A stretch of 64,000 nucleotides of DNA, taken from positions 67,022,001 to 67,086,000 of the forward strand of contig NW_027266264.1 of NCBI RefSeq assembly GCF_022045235.1, written 5' to 3'. The DNA comes from Haliotis cracherodii. Lineage: Eukaryota. A program made the translations under genes and the position numbers. The notes under the pieces are model-generated. The model ran no database searches. It saw only the letters and a program-made list of their open reading frames with translations, and had not been told where the DNA came from. Below are positions 25,968 through 41,493 of the stretch, in pieces (position 1 is the first letter of the stretch; the number at the start of each line of letters is the position of its first letter).

Positions 25968-28900
25968 ATGTTGTCGCGAGTCGCGTTCATCCATGTCCGA
26001 CCCGGACAGTCCACATCAGCCGTGTCTGTTTTGTGTCGATACAAGGCGACGTCTGCTCAAACTGACGATCATGCAGCAGACGTCAAACCGTTCTCGGCGC
26101 TGCCCGGGCCGAAGGGCTTGCCTGTTGTTGGCACCCTGTTCGACATCATGAAGAATTCCGGCCGGCTGAATGAAATGATTCAGAAACGTCACGAGACGTA
26201 TGGACCTATCTACCGGGAAAAGATGGGGAGGATAGATGCCGTGTTTCTGACGGATGTGGAGGCGGTAGAGCAGCTGTTCCGACAGGAAGCAAAGTACCCA
26301 GTTCGAATCCAACTGGAACACTGGATTAAGTACAGGGAGGACAGGGGTTTCAATAAAGGCCTTGTCATGTCGTACGTATATTGATATATTCATCTTCGTT
26401 GTATATTGTATCTGTATATTGGGTATGAATTTCAAATTGTATGCCGCCTCGAATTTGTCATGTCATTAGCAAATTTTGGTAGTGATAAATGTCCTCTGAT
26501 GTAATTACCTGAGAGAGTTTAATTTTGCCCAGAACACAATCTCATTAAAATCAGACATTTACTCGATCTGACAAAAAACCTTTGAGGTTACGTCAGATGA
26601 ACATTCTAATCAGGCCATCAGCGAATATCTTATTTCTGCATTTCCAAAAATAACGTCAATCGGCATATTCGAAAGGAGAGTGATAAAGGCTGCGTTTTAT
26701 AAGTTTATGTTTTGGATAATGAAATTACCTTATCGTTTCTGAGCGCCATGGCGTCTACAATCGAAGGGTGTACGATCGAGGGAACGTGTTCTGTGTTGAT
26801 TTTTTTTTCTGATTTTGAAATTTTCGATTGGATATGGTAGAGAAATTCAACCAAAGAGTTTTAGAAAACTGACATGTAATTTAGTTGGTTCAAAATTCCG
26901 TGTAATGTTCATCTTGATTGGGCTTTCAAAAGTTGATCAGGTTCGTCTGACGTCAAATGACAAAAATGATTTGTCAGATCCTGACGGAGAGATGTATCGA
27001 TTCGGTGTATAGCATTTTGATGAGACAAACCAAGAAAAATACTCAGGGCCAATGTGGGATTCGACCCAAGTCAGAATACTGGGATACCAAAGGGACATAA
27101 ACGCTTGAGGCGACTGGGTCTCTCTCGGTCCCTTTAATGTAAGAATGTTCTCTTTCATTTATTATAATATTATAATGATACAGTACTGCTAATATGTAAG
27201 CTTAAGATTTCGGCCATACCCGTACGTAACACATGTTCTACATTTCCTACGTTTCCGAGAAACACCGCAATGAGTTGGGTCCGATATTTACACTGCAGAT
27301 CAGGTGAAGCTTGGCATTCCTTGAGGCGAGTGGTCGACCAGCATATGATGAAGATCAAGACAGTCGAGTCCTACACTGGAGAATTTAACAAGGTTGTTGT
27401 AGAGTTCTTGGACCGAGTAGGCAGGATTCGAACCTCGGACAAAGAGTTGCCTGCATTGAATAAGGAGCTATTCAATTGGTCTCTGGAATGTGAGTATTTG
27501 TACAACGTGTTCTGAGTAATGTAAATGTGTTCTGGAGCAAGTGTATTTTGACCATTTGTTTAGGTTTGAGAATACATTTGATTCTAAAAAAACGGATGCT
27601 TTATTGCCCAGAATGTAAATAAAAAGGGACTATAGATGAGATTAGTTTAGAGAAATCAAGAAAACGAGTTAGTTCAGTTGGGTTGTCTATCGATAGATTA
27701 CACAGTAATTAGAGGAATGCTTGTGTCTTCTCATGATATTCCATCATCTATTTACCTCTGGTCTGTCAGGGGTGGGACAAATGATTTCCCGATTCGACTG
27801 AAGATCCAGGGTAGAATAGGTCTTCAGCAACCCATGCTTGCCGTAAAAGGCGACTATGCTTGTTGTAAGAGGCGACTAACGGGATCAGCTGGTCAGGCTC
27901 GCTGACTTGGTTGAAGCATGTCATCGATCCCAATTGCGTGGATCGATGCTTATGGTGTCAATCACTGGATTGTCTGGTCTAGAATCGATTATTTACATAC
28001 CGCCGTCATGTAGCTGGAATATTTCTGAGTGCAGCGTAACACAACAAATCAACCAACCAAACAACCCAATTCCACTGAACTTGTGTCCCATTGGCTATAG
28101 CAGAACAGAGCAATTTCATAATATAGACAAGCGCGTCTCTTTCCCTCGATGATCGTCGATAATTATAGGACCCCACGTCTCAAGTGGGTGCGCAGAGCAT
28201 GCAACCCGATAATGTTTAACAGCACCGTGCTCGTGGTAAACGTCTGAGACCTGCATCACTTCGGACTTCCCTCCCACATCAAGATGACGGGAATACTGTT
28301 CAAATGGGCTCACTCACTGACTCATTCCTGTCCACTATTTCCTAGATATCATTAGACCTTAAATTTGGTTTTAATATATTCCCGATTCTATTTCTAGGTT
28401 TAACAACACCATACCCGAGCTCGTGGGTTTCACCAAAGTCTGAGACCTTCATCACTTCGGCTTTTCCTCCCACATCGAGATTACACGCTATGATATTACT
28501 CACACGACTCATTCCCGTGCCCACTATTTCCTAGATATCCTTAGACTTTATATTTTGTTTAAAATTAACAGGAACGAGAAATATCCAAAGTTATTTCTCC
28601 AGCAGACCGATGCGCGTAACATTGCTGATCCGCCTCTCAATCGCGATATTTTCGCGTTTGGTTTCACGTGACGCGAGGATACATTGCTAAACTAATGACT
28701 CTTTGTCCACAGCTATCGCCCGTATCCTGTACGAGAAGAGACTGGGATGTCTGTCAGACAACAGGAGTGAGGATACCCAGGCTTTCATCCAGAGCTCCCA
28801 TGACATCTTTGAGACAACGAGGAAAATATTTTTCCTTCCGCCCAAACTGGCCCGGATCTTCATGCCGCGCACCTACAAACAGCATGACGCAGCGTGGGAC

Positions 28901-31900
28901 GAGGGCTTCCGTGTTGGTAGGTCGCCAGCGACGCTTCCAAAATTAGCAAAGACCATCTGATAGATGGTCTCAGATAATAAGCAAGTCATGACAAATATTT
29001 GACCTTTATAGCGTACTTTTGTCTTTTTTCAACTTTGTATTTTTTAACCGAATGGCCGCCGATACGGATCTTCATGCCGCGCACCTACAAACAGCATGAC
29101 GCAGCGTGGGATGAGGGCTTCCGTGATGGTAGATCGCCAGCGACGCATCCATAATCAGCAGAGACCATCTAATAGATGGTCTCTGATAATAAGCAAGTCA
29201 TATAAGTCTTGACAAATATGTTTCGAATCAGATGCATCGATTTTATATACCTGCTATTTGTGCAGGAATACTATCCATGCGTCGTACTACACAAGACACG
29301 TTGTTTTGCATCGTTCATTAATTGGTATGTGGACAATGTAAATGCATTACTGACAGGTAGTGTCAGTTTCGTCTAAATACTAACTCTGGACTTTGGATTC
29401 CTTCTTATTAAAGTCACTCGATGTTTTCACTGTTAACTCTATATTTGTTTTTGTTTTTCTAGCCCACAAGATCATTGACGAGAGAATCAGGGAAATCAGG
29501 GAGACAAAGGAGGAAGGAGAACACGTGGGTTTCATCACCCACTTCCTGAAAGAGGACAGCATGTCGCTTAAGGATGTCTACGCCAACATCTCCGAACTCA
29601 TGGGGGCAGCTGTAGACACGGTGAGTGGGTGAGTGAGTGGCATCTCAGAACCTATGCGATCTCTAGACACAGTGAGTGTCATGAAAACCATGTGAGCTTA
29701 TGTTGGGATCTGTTGTTTGTTGTCCGTAATGCGTCGTAATATCTTCTCGGAAGCCACTGGGCCGATGAAGCTGAACTTTCAAATGCTTGTTCCCACCAAA
29801 AATGACATCCCAGTTTTGTCAAGAGGGTCAAATTTGATTTTTAATACAGCCGCCATATTCAAAACATATATGAATATCAATACTGTTGACACTGACATTG
29901 TTGACTATGTCTGTGGACTATATATCCAGATGGGTAACAGTTTTCTTGCACTATTTTGTTATGTTCTTCTTTACAGACGTCAAACACCGCTCAGATGTTG
30001 TTGTATGAGTTATCGAGACATCCACGCGCACAGGAGGCCATCTTAGAGGAAATCACAAGAGTTGTCCCCCCTGGCCAGCAGCCAACTGCAGATCACCTGA
30101 AGGAGATGCATTACATCAAGGCGGCCATTAAGGAGACGCTCAGGTATGTATCTACACACGCTTGTCATAGATTGCAACCCTAGTGTGACTGTTAATATGC
30201 AGTGATGTGTCATGTTGGGTTGTGTGAATGCCATAACGAGGGTTACATCTATGATTTATACTGTTATGTATGGAATGCTGTAAAAAGGGTATGATTCCTT
30301 TATCGTCTGTCAGTTTTAGTCTAATCCCGAACTCATTTGTCTTGAACATACCCTAGACTAAGGCGAACTTTTTCTTGGAGTATCGCTTGTTGCGGACGTT
30401 GGCTGGTGTTCAAGCTTTACACAAAGTCCCAGTCCTTTCTGTATGTGTCATTTGACACACTAGGATGTGTCCCACCGCCACCTAACTGTTCTTTGAAACC
30501 CGCCTTGTTGTCCCCTAGGTTGTACCCGACCGGAAGTGTGGTGATTCGAGTATTGCAACAGGACGCTGTCCTACTCGGCTGTCACGTGCCCAAGGAGGTA
30601 AGTGCGACAAACACTGTACGTTCGTTATATCGAAATTATGCTAACACGAATATACTTATTGATCTATATAATTAGCATCTTCCCGAGGCAAAGGATTTGA
30701 CTGACTCTAAAAGTCCAGTTACCACCCTTGCCGAACTAGACTGGAATTCTTGGCTCGATCGTATTACGAGTTATGTCCATTCTATGTCCCTCCTATTGAC
30801 CAATCAGATTCCACTTCTCATATCACTTGCATTTGCTTCAAACAAATGGCGGCTCCCAGTCAAGACGATCTGGCTGATGATCAATATCTATATTGTAATA
30901 AAACGGCTCTTACCTCATGAAGTGCTTCAAATCACGTGAGCTCCTAAATTAATAGCATGAAAAGATTTGGAGCATATCTGTCGACGCCCACTTGACGGTA
31001 TACATCCTTTGCAAATCCTGCAGTCGACCGAAATCTGCACGTTGAAATCCATGTTGTTTCACAACCGAATGTCTATTTCGTTTCGCAATGTTGATTGGAC
31101 TAACATAGACTCGTTAGTCCAGCAAAAATATAACTTCATAATTTTATCCAAGTTCGGCAATGGAAACTGGACTTTTACATCGATCGTTGTCCATGTAATC
31201 AAAGTATACCTTTCGTCTTGCATACAGTAATAGCGTTCTGTACAGTTAAATATACACTTCGATTTGAAGATATTGATTTTGTTAATATTTACAGACTGTG
31301 GTGTGGATTGACCTCTACGGCTTCGGACGTCTACGACGTCACTACGAGGACCCCGACACATTCCGCCCTGAACGCTGGCTCCGAGCTACCAGGACAGTAA
31401 GCCCTCAGCCTTTTTCCTGGCTGCCGTTTGGGTTTGGACCCCGTATGTGTGTCGGTGGGTAGTACTCTTTCTTTCTTACCTAGATCTTTATCAGGTGTCA
31501 ATTAAACATGCGTATGGACTTTTCCTTCAGGTATCAGTTTCACATTCTCACCGATTATTTCGGCAGATGTCAGTACCACGTGCACATTGACTATTTGGGC
31601 AGATGTCAATACCCCGTGCACATTGACTTTTTGGGCAGATGACATACCACGCGCACATTGACTATTTGGGCAGATGTCAGTACCACGTGCGCGTTGACCG
31701 TTTTGGTACATATCAGTACCACGTGAACATTGACTATTTGGGCAGGTCTCAGTACCACGTGCACATTGACTATTTGGGCAGGTCTCAGTACCACGTGCAC
31801 ATTGACTATTTGGGCAGGTCTCAGTACCACGTGCACATTGACTATTTGGGCAGGTCTCAGTACCACGTGCACATTGACTATTTGGGCAGGTCTCAGTACC

Positions 31901-32810
31901 ACGTGCACATTGACTATTTGGGTAGATGTCAGTACTACGTGCACATTGACTATTTGGGTACATGTCAGTACCACGTGCACATTGATTATTTGGGTACATG
32001 TCAGTACCACGTGCACATTGACTATTTGGGCAGATGTCAGTACCACGTGCACATTGACTATTTGGGTACATGTCAGTACCACGTGCACATTGACTATTTG
32101 GGCAGATGTCAGTACCACGTGCACATTGACTATTTGGGTACATGTCAGTACCACGTGCACATTGACTATTTGGGCAGATGTCAGTACCACGTGCACATTG
32201 ACTATTTGGGCAGATGTCAGTACCACGTGCACGTTGACTATTTGGGCAGATGTCAGTACCACGTGCACATTGACTATTTGGGCAGATGTGTGTACCACGT
32301 GCACATTGACTATTTGGGCAGATGTCAGTACCACGTGCACATTGACTATTTGGGCAGGCATCAGTTCTACCTGCACATTGACTATTTCAGCAGTTGTTTA
32401 TTGGCTATTTAATCAGTAGAGTACAAATGAATAACCTGATAACTCTATTACAGGCCGACGAGTGGCAGAGCTCGAGATGCAGCTGTTGATATCCCAGGTG
32501 AGTTGGAAGGATCGGCGCCATCAAACCTCAACTGATTTATTTGATAAATGACAGTATGTCCTTAGAACCAAGCACAACCATACTTCACCTGTATTAACTC
32601 TTCCAGCTGAGATTCACTTTCATGATCACATTAATTTTCCGTCAAATATCTACAGGTCTACTGTGACAATCCCTCATTTAGTCATTTTTGTTTCAGCTTG
32701 TTCGCAAATTCCAGATAGAGCCTGTATCAATGGAACCAGTCGAAATGAAGACGGACCTCCTACTATTGGCCAAAGATCCAATCAGAATCCGTCTTCACGA
32801 GAGAGACTAG
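25968..32810 (+). CDS. Mitochondrial-clan cytochrome P450, copy B (9 exons, same structure as copy A)
   Basis: Near-identical to copy A at an offset of ~16.2 kb. All motifs and splice sites are retained, with a few substitutions (e.g. LGYHVP>LGCHVP). Confidence 0.9.
31563..32385. repeat. Minisatellite 3 (36-bp unit), second array
   Basis: Same unit as 15566-16535. Confidence 0.95.
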
Positions 32811-33412
32811 GCTCTTATTCTCCATAGTGCACGTCATACGAACACTTTGCAGTCTGATGTAAGCACATGCACAGTGTCGCTGTGGACTTTGTTTCAAAAA
32901 CACGTCACTGAAAAAACACCTATATACGAGATCCAAATTCAGGAGTTATACATTTGTTTTGTTTTTGTATTGTTTCTATCGTTGATAACATAGTTGAGTT
33001 GCATGTATATTGTGGACAAGTAGCTCTATTTCACTGTAATATCCATTTATACTTTCTTATACATGTATTTGCCAAGGACCAACATGTTTGTTATAATGGT
33101 GCTCAATGCGTAGGTGCACATACGAGGTGTTAACCAAAAGACTCTTCGGGATATGACGCAACATGGATCACTGGGTAACATGTAGATGACTTCACGATTT
33201 CATTGTTTGTAAATGTATTTCAATGGTGAATTTCATTATAATTTCGTTTTATCCTTTATATGCATAAATGCTGGAATGACATTCTCATTGAAATTAGCAT
33301 AAATATTCTGCATGACAAGCATATCTGATCACAATAGATTTTACTTCCTCTATCTTACTTTCCTCCAATAAATGCCTACCTCTAACAAAAGCCTGGTGTT
33401 GGCATTATATAG

Positions 33413-34735
33413 TAAAGTACTGTCGGAAATGCTAGAAAACTGCTTTTTGCCTGTTAAAAAAGGATATAATTTTTCACAGACTGTTATTGAAATATCGAGT
33501 AACTACCGATCGACCTACCTGTGGTTTGAAGTATTTCAGTCACAAGGAGTCCTATCGACAAGTTTACAGGAGACAAATTCGAACAGGAATTCATATGGCA
33601 TTGATGGCAGTGTGAAACGGACAATAGAAATATGCGCACATGACTTCGTTATAATGATAATAATGTTGTCTTCATAAAACATCCAATTCATTTTGAGAAA
33701 ATTCCAGATGTGCATCTTCTAAAATGACGCTGCGTTTGTATTGTTAACATTGCTCCCATGACGCACATTACATTACACTTGCATAGCCATAACCGCGGTA
33801 CACGATATGGAGTCTGTACTGGGAAATGTATATAAGTTCTTTACACTTTAGAGAGAAGGGGCTTCTTGATGGATGTGCACTAGTTTACGAGGCGAAAAAG
33901 AAAACTGGTGATTTTCATAAGGAAATTATAGGAGGTGATGTGTACATAGACTGGTTTGAACTTCAGCTATTGCCAACTTTAAACAACGTCAGTGTCATTG
34001 TCATGGATAACTTCAGTTAATATAACGTCCGGGAATCAGACACTGTCGCCCAAACCACGAGAAGTCTTAAGGCGACCATACTGGAATATATGACATTGTC
34101 GACTTAAGACAATATGAAACGAATGTTCAACTGATGGAGGGAGAAAATTTGGCTGAATAAGAACCCTGTAAAGTACAGGACATATGTGCTGGCGGCACAA
34201 CACGGTCACATTGTCTTACGTACGCCAGTCAGACATTGTGAGCTCAACCCAACATTCAAAAGTACAGATTCATATACGTCACCAGCCGAGATTAATACTA
34301 CCTCAAGAAATCAGGTGTAGAACAACAAATACTTCTGGAGTCCGCAACCTTCCATTACAGTTCATGCTACCCCATCAACGAACATGTCAATTAAGTACAA
34401 TAACAGCAATATTTTGAGACCACCCCAACTCGGAGACATTTGCACCTGTGAGAATGCATGGGACTGTGTGAGGTCATCACCTCGGGCCAGGTGTTAGGTA
34501 ATTGCCTCAGGTTATATGCCATTTTATACATGCATGACACCCGCGAATATTTTCTAAGTTTATCATCATTTTACCTGTAAAAGTACATTTTTAGGGTAAT
34601 CACAGTGTCGGTTAGGACAGGCTAGATTATGGCAATTCGTGTTATTTTGAAATATGCTCTTATTAAAGTCCTATGACTCGTATTTATTAAATGAAGCCAG
34701 AAAAGCAGTTTTCTAGCATTTCCGACGGTACCTTA
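33413..34735 (+). mobile_element. Decayed IS630-Tc1-mariner transposon, copy 2
   Basis: Same TIRs and DDE remnants as 17560-18862. Confidence 0.8.
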
Positions 34736-35407
34736 GTGTTTTGTGTATACTGTGTTTGACCAGGTTATGAAAAGGCGTGAGGTATCCCTGTAAAGTCGGA
34801 ACAGACAAAGAAGAAGTCATCCAATCAATGGCTAGAACAGGTATAGCCTGTGGAAGTGCACATTTCGACTTTCAATGCAGGCCTGGTGTGCCCAGGTGCG
34901 CCTTTTTAAAGACTACTCGTGTTTGTTCCAAAGTTCACGATAACAACTACTGGAGTTACTTTAGTAGCGTTGCTCCAATGCTGTGCTGTGTTAAAAGTCC
35001 ATGGATGTAAAGCTATTATATCTCTATAATGGCACCCCCAGATAAGCGGTTAGTGCATCTAAGGGCGCCAGCCTTTCATAACTGATTCGTATTATTTTCT
35101 ATGATAATCCAGGAATTACTATTTAAACTACCAATTGTCGTACAGACTTGTGCAAGTCTGGTTCTTTCGCAATACAAATGTGGACTTGCACAAGAGTATG
35201 TAGGTTATGATCCTCCCGATACGTGTCAGCAAGCCAGTGAGGTCAACTCAACTGTATTGACCCACATTGACTGCTGTGAACAGAGCGCCAGCCCACATTC
35301 AGATCGTATCATTTTCGGTGCAACACCGGCTATTGATGGTGTAGCTGTCTCTACCGCATCCGCTGCTGGTCCAGTCAGCACACAAGTGTGCACCACACAC
35401 ACTGGTA

Positions 35408-37354
35408 TGTTGTCACGAATCATGGTGAGCATCGGCCGTATCTGTTTTGTGTCGATACAAGGCGACGACGACGTCTACATGTTGCAGACGTCAAACCGTT
35501 CTCGGCGCTGCCCGAAATGCTTGCCTGTTGTTGGCATCCTGGTCGACATCATCAAGAATTCCGGCAAGCTGAATGGAATGATTCAGAATCGTCACGAAAC
35601 GCATGAACATATCTACCGGGAAATGATGGGGAGGATAGATGCCGTGTTTACGACGGTTGTTTGTTTGTTTACTGTTTAACGCCGCACTCAGCAATATTCC
35701 AACTATATGACGGCGGTCTGTAAATAATCGAGTCTGGACCAGACAAGCCAGTGACTGACATCATGAGCATCGATCCACGCAATTGGGATACGATGACATG
35801 CATCAACCAAGTCAGCGGGCTGACCATCCGATCCCGTTAGTCGCCTCTTACGACAAGCATTGTCACCTTTTACGGCAAGCATGGGTTGCTGAAGACCTTT
35901 CTACCCCGGATCTTCACGGGTCTCTGACGGATGTTGAGGCGGTAGAGCAGCTGTTCCGACAGGATGCGAAGTATGCAGTTCGGACCCATCTGGGACACTG
36001 TATTAAGCACAGGGAGGACAGGGAGTTGCATTAATGCCTTACCTTGTCGTACGTATGTCACATAGAAACATATCTCTAGTCTCATTGTATGTAATACTAT
36101 GTTATCCGCACCGCCTCCGTGGTGTAGTGCACAGAGCGTCTGCCCCGAGAGTGGAAGGTCGGCTGTTCGATCCACAAAAAAGGCCAGCTTGTGTCTGTAA
36201 AATAAGTAGGGTTAAGCTGTTAAACTGCGGCACGGTATCCCACTATATATAGCACATGACACTATGAAACCTGAATAAATCCGAACTAGTACAAGCAGCC
36301 ACACTCACACTCCCATGCACGTTAAACTGCGGCATGGTATCTCACTACCACACAGCACTATGAAACCGGTAATACGTCCGGACTAGAACATGCATGCAGT
36401 CACTCTCACATGCGCATGCGTGGCGCTATATAAATAAACAAACCTTTATATTGTCTTACACAAAGTTAAACCTTTACATTGACTTACACAAAGTTAAATC
36501 TTTATATTGTCTTACACAAAATCAAACCTTTATATTGTCTTACTTCAGGTCAAACCTTTATATTGTTCTCTTTATATTGTCTATAAGGATAGAAAGAATG
36601 TTGAGCAAACCATAGACCCGGCAGATGTGCCGGCTCGTCACATTTGTTGTTTGTTTGACCCTGTAGGGATTTCTAATGGCGAGGGTCGCGGTTCATGCTG
36701 TCAGTCACTGGTCTGCATGTTCCAACTAGAATATTCACACGATGATGTGACATCACTGGATGTGTGCTGACTGCGGTGTTACGCATTACGGAAATAGTTA
36801 TATACAAGTCACTCATTTTTGCCTTACAGTATAAATGAAATATTCTAATATTCTATATTATTACTAAAATACTTTAATAGTACCAACCCAACTACTCTCT
36901 CTCTTATATACTAGTATATATACATATATTCTAGTCAGGGGGAAGCTTGACATTCCTTGAGGCGAGTGGTCGACCAGCATATGATGATCAAAACAATCGA
37001 GTCCTACACTTGAGAATTTAACAAGGTTGTTGTAGAGTTCTTTTACCGAGCTTGCAGGATTCGAACCTCGGACAAAGAGTTGCCTGCATTCAATAAGGAG
37101 CTATTCAACTGGTCTCTGGAATGTGAGTATTTGTACAACGTGTTCTGAGTAAGCCTACCATTATCAACAGCTAAGATGTGTCAGAAGAGAAGTTAATGAA
37201 GGTTTGCATGGCGACGTTTAGGCGAGTGTTTGGGCGCATCGGACACCACTCCCGTCACAGGAGTGACGGCACCCAGGCTTTCATCCAGAGCTCCCATGAC
37301 ATCGTTGAGACAACAAGGAAAATATTCTTCCTTCCGCTCAAACTGGCCCGGATC
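35408..37354 (+). pseudogene. Truncated CYP pseudogene 2 (exon 1 with ATG, exon 2, 5' part of exon 3)
   Basis: ATGTTGTCACGAATC start homologous to CYP exon 1; frameshifts, a SINE insertion, stops in exon 2 and a MITE in exon 3. Confidence 0.85.
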
Positions 37355-37729
37355 TATGGGCGGCCATTCTGTCCAAAAATACAAAGTTGGGAAAAAAAGG
37401 ACAACAGTACACAACATAGGTCAAATATTACGAATAAAGAACTAAATGTCACTAATAAAGATCAAAATACAAAACAAACAGACGCCGGCTATAAAGGAAA
37501 GGAAAACGTGTTCGAAAGAACGTCAGTGACATCTTTTCGTAATATTTGACTATTAATATTGTGTACTTTCGACCTTAATTTCAACTTTGTATTTGTTTAA
37601 CCGGCGTCTGTTTGTTTTGTATTTTGACCTTTTTAGTAACATTTAGTTCTTTATTCGTAATATTTGACCTTTATAGCGTACTTTTTTCTTTTTTCAACTT
37701 TGTATTTTTTAACCGAATGGCCGCCGATA
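37355..37729. mobile_element. MITE copy 2 (TSD CGGATC)
   Basis: Same termini and TSD as 21178-21553. Confidence 0.8.
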
Positions 37730-38302
37730 CGGATCAGCGTTGATATAGATACCCATGAATAACACATTTAGAGTGTTGATATAGCTACCCATGAATAACA
37801 CATTTAGAGTGTTGATATAGCTAACCACGAATAACACATTTAGAGTGTTGATATAGCTAACCACGAATAACACATTTAGAGCGTTGATACAGCTAACCAC
37901 GAATAACACATTTAGAGTGTTGATATAGCTAACCACGAATAACACATTTAGAGCGTTGATATAACTACCCATGAATAACACATATAGAGTGTTGATATAC
38001 CAATGAATAACACATATAGAGTGGGGATATAGATACCCATGATGCTGCTATATGTAAACGAAGGGGTTTCAGATGGTGGAGACCATATCCGTATGTTGTT
38101 CTTCACTTTCCATGACGAGAAATAAAGCCCTGCGAGTTATTTGAATGGTAAAGGCGTAGCTGGCCTTGGAAACCATACGAGGATGTGAGTAAGACCCATA
38201 GGTTCGGTCTGGAAAACATGGATCTCGTGGTACCTAATACTTGAATGATATACGAATGGTAAAAGCTTTTGTGTTTTGTATTTTATGTCCGTGCGCACGT
38301 GA

Positions 38303-39216
38303 TTATGGTGGCTCACCCGGCCAGTGATGTACAACCTACCGAGGCTTATGGTGGCTCGCCCGGCCAGTGATGTTCAACCTACCGTGGCTTATGGTGGCTC
38401 GCCCGGTCAGTGAGATGCAACCTACCGCGGCTTATGGTGGCTCGCCCGGCCAGTGAGATGCAACCTACCGCGGCTTATGGTGGCTCGCCCGGCCAGTGAT
38501 GTACAACCTACCGAGGCTTATGGTGACTCACCCGGCCAGTGATGTGCAACCTACCGAGGCTTTTGGTGGCTCACCCGGCTAGTGATGTACAACCTACCGT
38601 GGCTTATGGTGGCTCGCCCGGCTAGTGATGTACAACCTACCGAGGCTTATGGTGGCACGCCCGGCCAGTGATGTACAACCTACCGAGGCTTATAGTGGCT
38701 CAGCCGGCTAGTGATGTACAACCTACCGAGACTTATGGTGGTTCACCCGGTTAGTGGTGTACAACCTACCGTGGCTTATGGTGGCTCAGCCGGCTAGTGA
38801 TGTACAACCTACCGAGACTTATGGTGGCTCACCCGGCTAGTGATGTACAACCTACCGAGGCTTATAGTGGCTCAGCCGGCTAGTGATGTACAACCTACCG
38901 AGACTTATGGTGGTTCACCCGGTTAGTGGTGTACAACCTACCGTGGCTTATGGTGGCTCAGCCGGCCAGTGATGTGCAACCTACCGAGGCTTATAGTGGC
39001 TCAGTCGGCCAGTGATGTACAACCTACCGAGGCTTATGGTGGATCAGCCGGCTAGTGATGTACAACCAACCGAGGTTTATGGTGGCTCACCCGGCCAGTG
39101 ATGTACAACCTACCGAGGCTTATGGTGGCTCACCCGGCTAGTGATGTACAACCTACCGAGGCTTATGGTGGCTCGACCGGCTAGTGATGTACAACCTACC
39201 GAGGCTTATGGTGGCT
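38303..39216. repeat. Minisatellite 2 (43-bp unit), third array
   Basis: Same unit as 5528-7131. Confidence 0.95.
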
Positions 39217-41493
39217 GTGATGTTTTGTCTGTATGTCCTTTTGTTATACCATGTGCATTTTTACGGGTACCCGAAAAGAAGGTTTTTAGGGATTTTTCAT
39301 AGTTGAACGTGCATCTTCCAAACCACCGAGTCGTGTTTCGGCGACTTTCAGCCTAGGAACATTTTGATAACGTTTGTAATTTCAACTCCAATCAGGTGAA
39401 GTTAGGCAGCGTTGTTGGATGGGTTACCGCATTCGGGCAGTTTGGCTCCTGAGAGTTTCTAGGGCTTCGGTCCTGCCCCACACTGAATCACATGTAACAA
39501 TGATGACTTTCTTCTAAATGCCAGCAGTGAATTGGTACCCGGTAGGATGTGATGGCAGTGTGGTTGTTAACCTTCTAGCGCCTGACAGGCAGCTTGTGTT
39601 GTATACTCCCTAGGGAGCTGAGAATAATTGATCCAGCTAGTGACCGGGGTAATAGCTACGCATTGAGAATGCCCAAGTGTGGCGTGGAAATATGCGCAAT
39701 GTAAATGGGCTATAATAATTTTTATTATTGCTCTTGCCCTGTAGTTTATCTTCAACACTCTAACATAGAATCACTTCCGGAAAAGACAATATTCGTGCAG
39801 TTTGCAATATTTATTGATGTTATAAAAAGGATAACTGTGAACGGGGAATTTAGTTTCCCAGGGAAACCAGCTGGCGGGGATACTGCCCCTGTCCTGACTG
39901 ATAATGTCTCTAACTGACGACAAATGGCCTTGCGAATACTCTGCTATGTGCCAGATGTTCAACAGTCAAAACAACAATGTTCACGATGTTCATTGAGGCC
40001 AATTACGTCAATATACACAGGTTTATTTATCTGTTACCTGCTTATTCCATAAGTTGTTAATTTGTATTTTGAGTTATGGAAGAAACATTAATGTCTATGC
40101 ATGGTTATCCCAATGTTGTGGTATAAATAGCACATTTAGAGTGGAAGTAGCAATTTGCACTGACAAATGGTCATTTTCGTAATACACGATGCTATTTTGA
40201 GGCACAGTTCATAATATTGCTGGCTATACATATTTACTTATCTATATCTATTTCCACAGACATTAAGCTGGTATCATCAGCCATGTTAATGTATTGTAGA
40301 AGGAGGACTTTTCCCATGAAGAATGATCATTGTAGTATTGCTGAATAATGTTTCCAAGAATTGTTAATAATAATACTGACTTGCAAATATTTATATTTCC
40401 AAGATAAGGTGGGGACACGGGTGGCTCAGTCGTCTAAGGCGTCGCGATTTGCTGTGCTTTGAGCACGCCAGAGACCTATGATTGTGGGTTCGAATCCCGG
40501 TTCGCCCCGATTATGTTTCTAGGTTTGTCAGCACCATACCCGTGCTCGTGAGTTTCACCGAGGTGGTAAACGTCTGAGACCTGCATCACTTCGGGCTGTC
40601 CTACCACATTAAGCTAACACGCCGCGATATAACTGCAATACTGTTAAAAGCTGCGTTAAACCCAACTCACTCACTCACTCCAAGAGAAGAAGAACTTTAC
40701 AACCAGCATATATAATGTAGAAATAGGCATTAACATTGAGCAGTGGTGAGTTATAGTACTGTTTTCATGCTGAATACCTAGACACAATTGATCATTTGTA
40801 CAAAAAAAAGTAAACTTAATACAATTTGGATGTACCAATCAGTTATATCAAACTAGAAATGATGTAGTTGTTTAACTTACTCCTGCTATCCATTATTCAA
40901 TATAATTATTGTGGGTACATATTAACTGTTGGTGTTATACTGGCATACTGATGCTGATGACAAAATGACATTTATAAAGTGTATAAATTGTACAAAGTGT
41001 CGAGTGAGTTTTCCCTTGTTTTCCGCACCAAAGTGGCAAGTAGGCTAGAGAGATAGACTTGCACAAGTCTCTTAGGCAATAAATATTAATTAAATCATAA
41101 TTCCTTGATTATATACATAATAAGAACAAGTTGTCCCTATAAAATACTTTCGTCCTGTCCGCTTATCTAGACTGGCCTCTTAGAAGGATAGAACTACTAT
41201 ACACCTATGGACTTATCGTTTAGTACAGCCTTGGAGCAAGACTTACAACAGATTCAGGAGAGGCTTGAGAATGGGAGACGGGCAACATTAGCAAGCTCGC
41301 ACTGTGTATATGAGCAATGGTCTCTGGTATAAACAAAAAGGTACCCCCAGCCACCTGCCACCTAACCCTTACCAGCAGATCCCAAATCTCCTGTCTACTT
41401 ATCACATACATCTTGAAAAACCAGTGTCAACAACATGAAGCAAAGTCCACCGTTGTCGGTCTTTTTAACCTGCCTTCTTCCTTCAGCAGTATA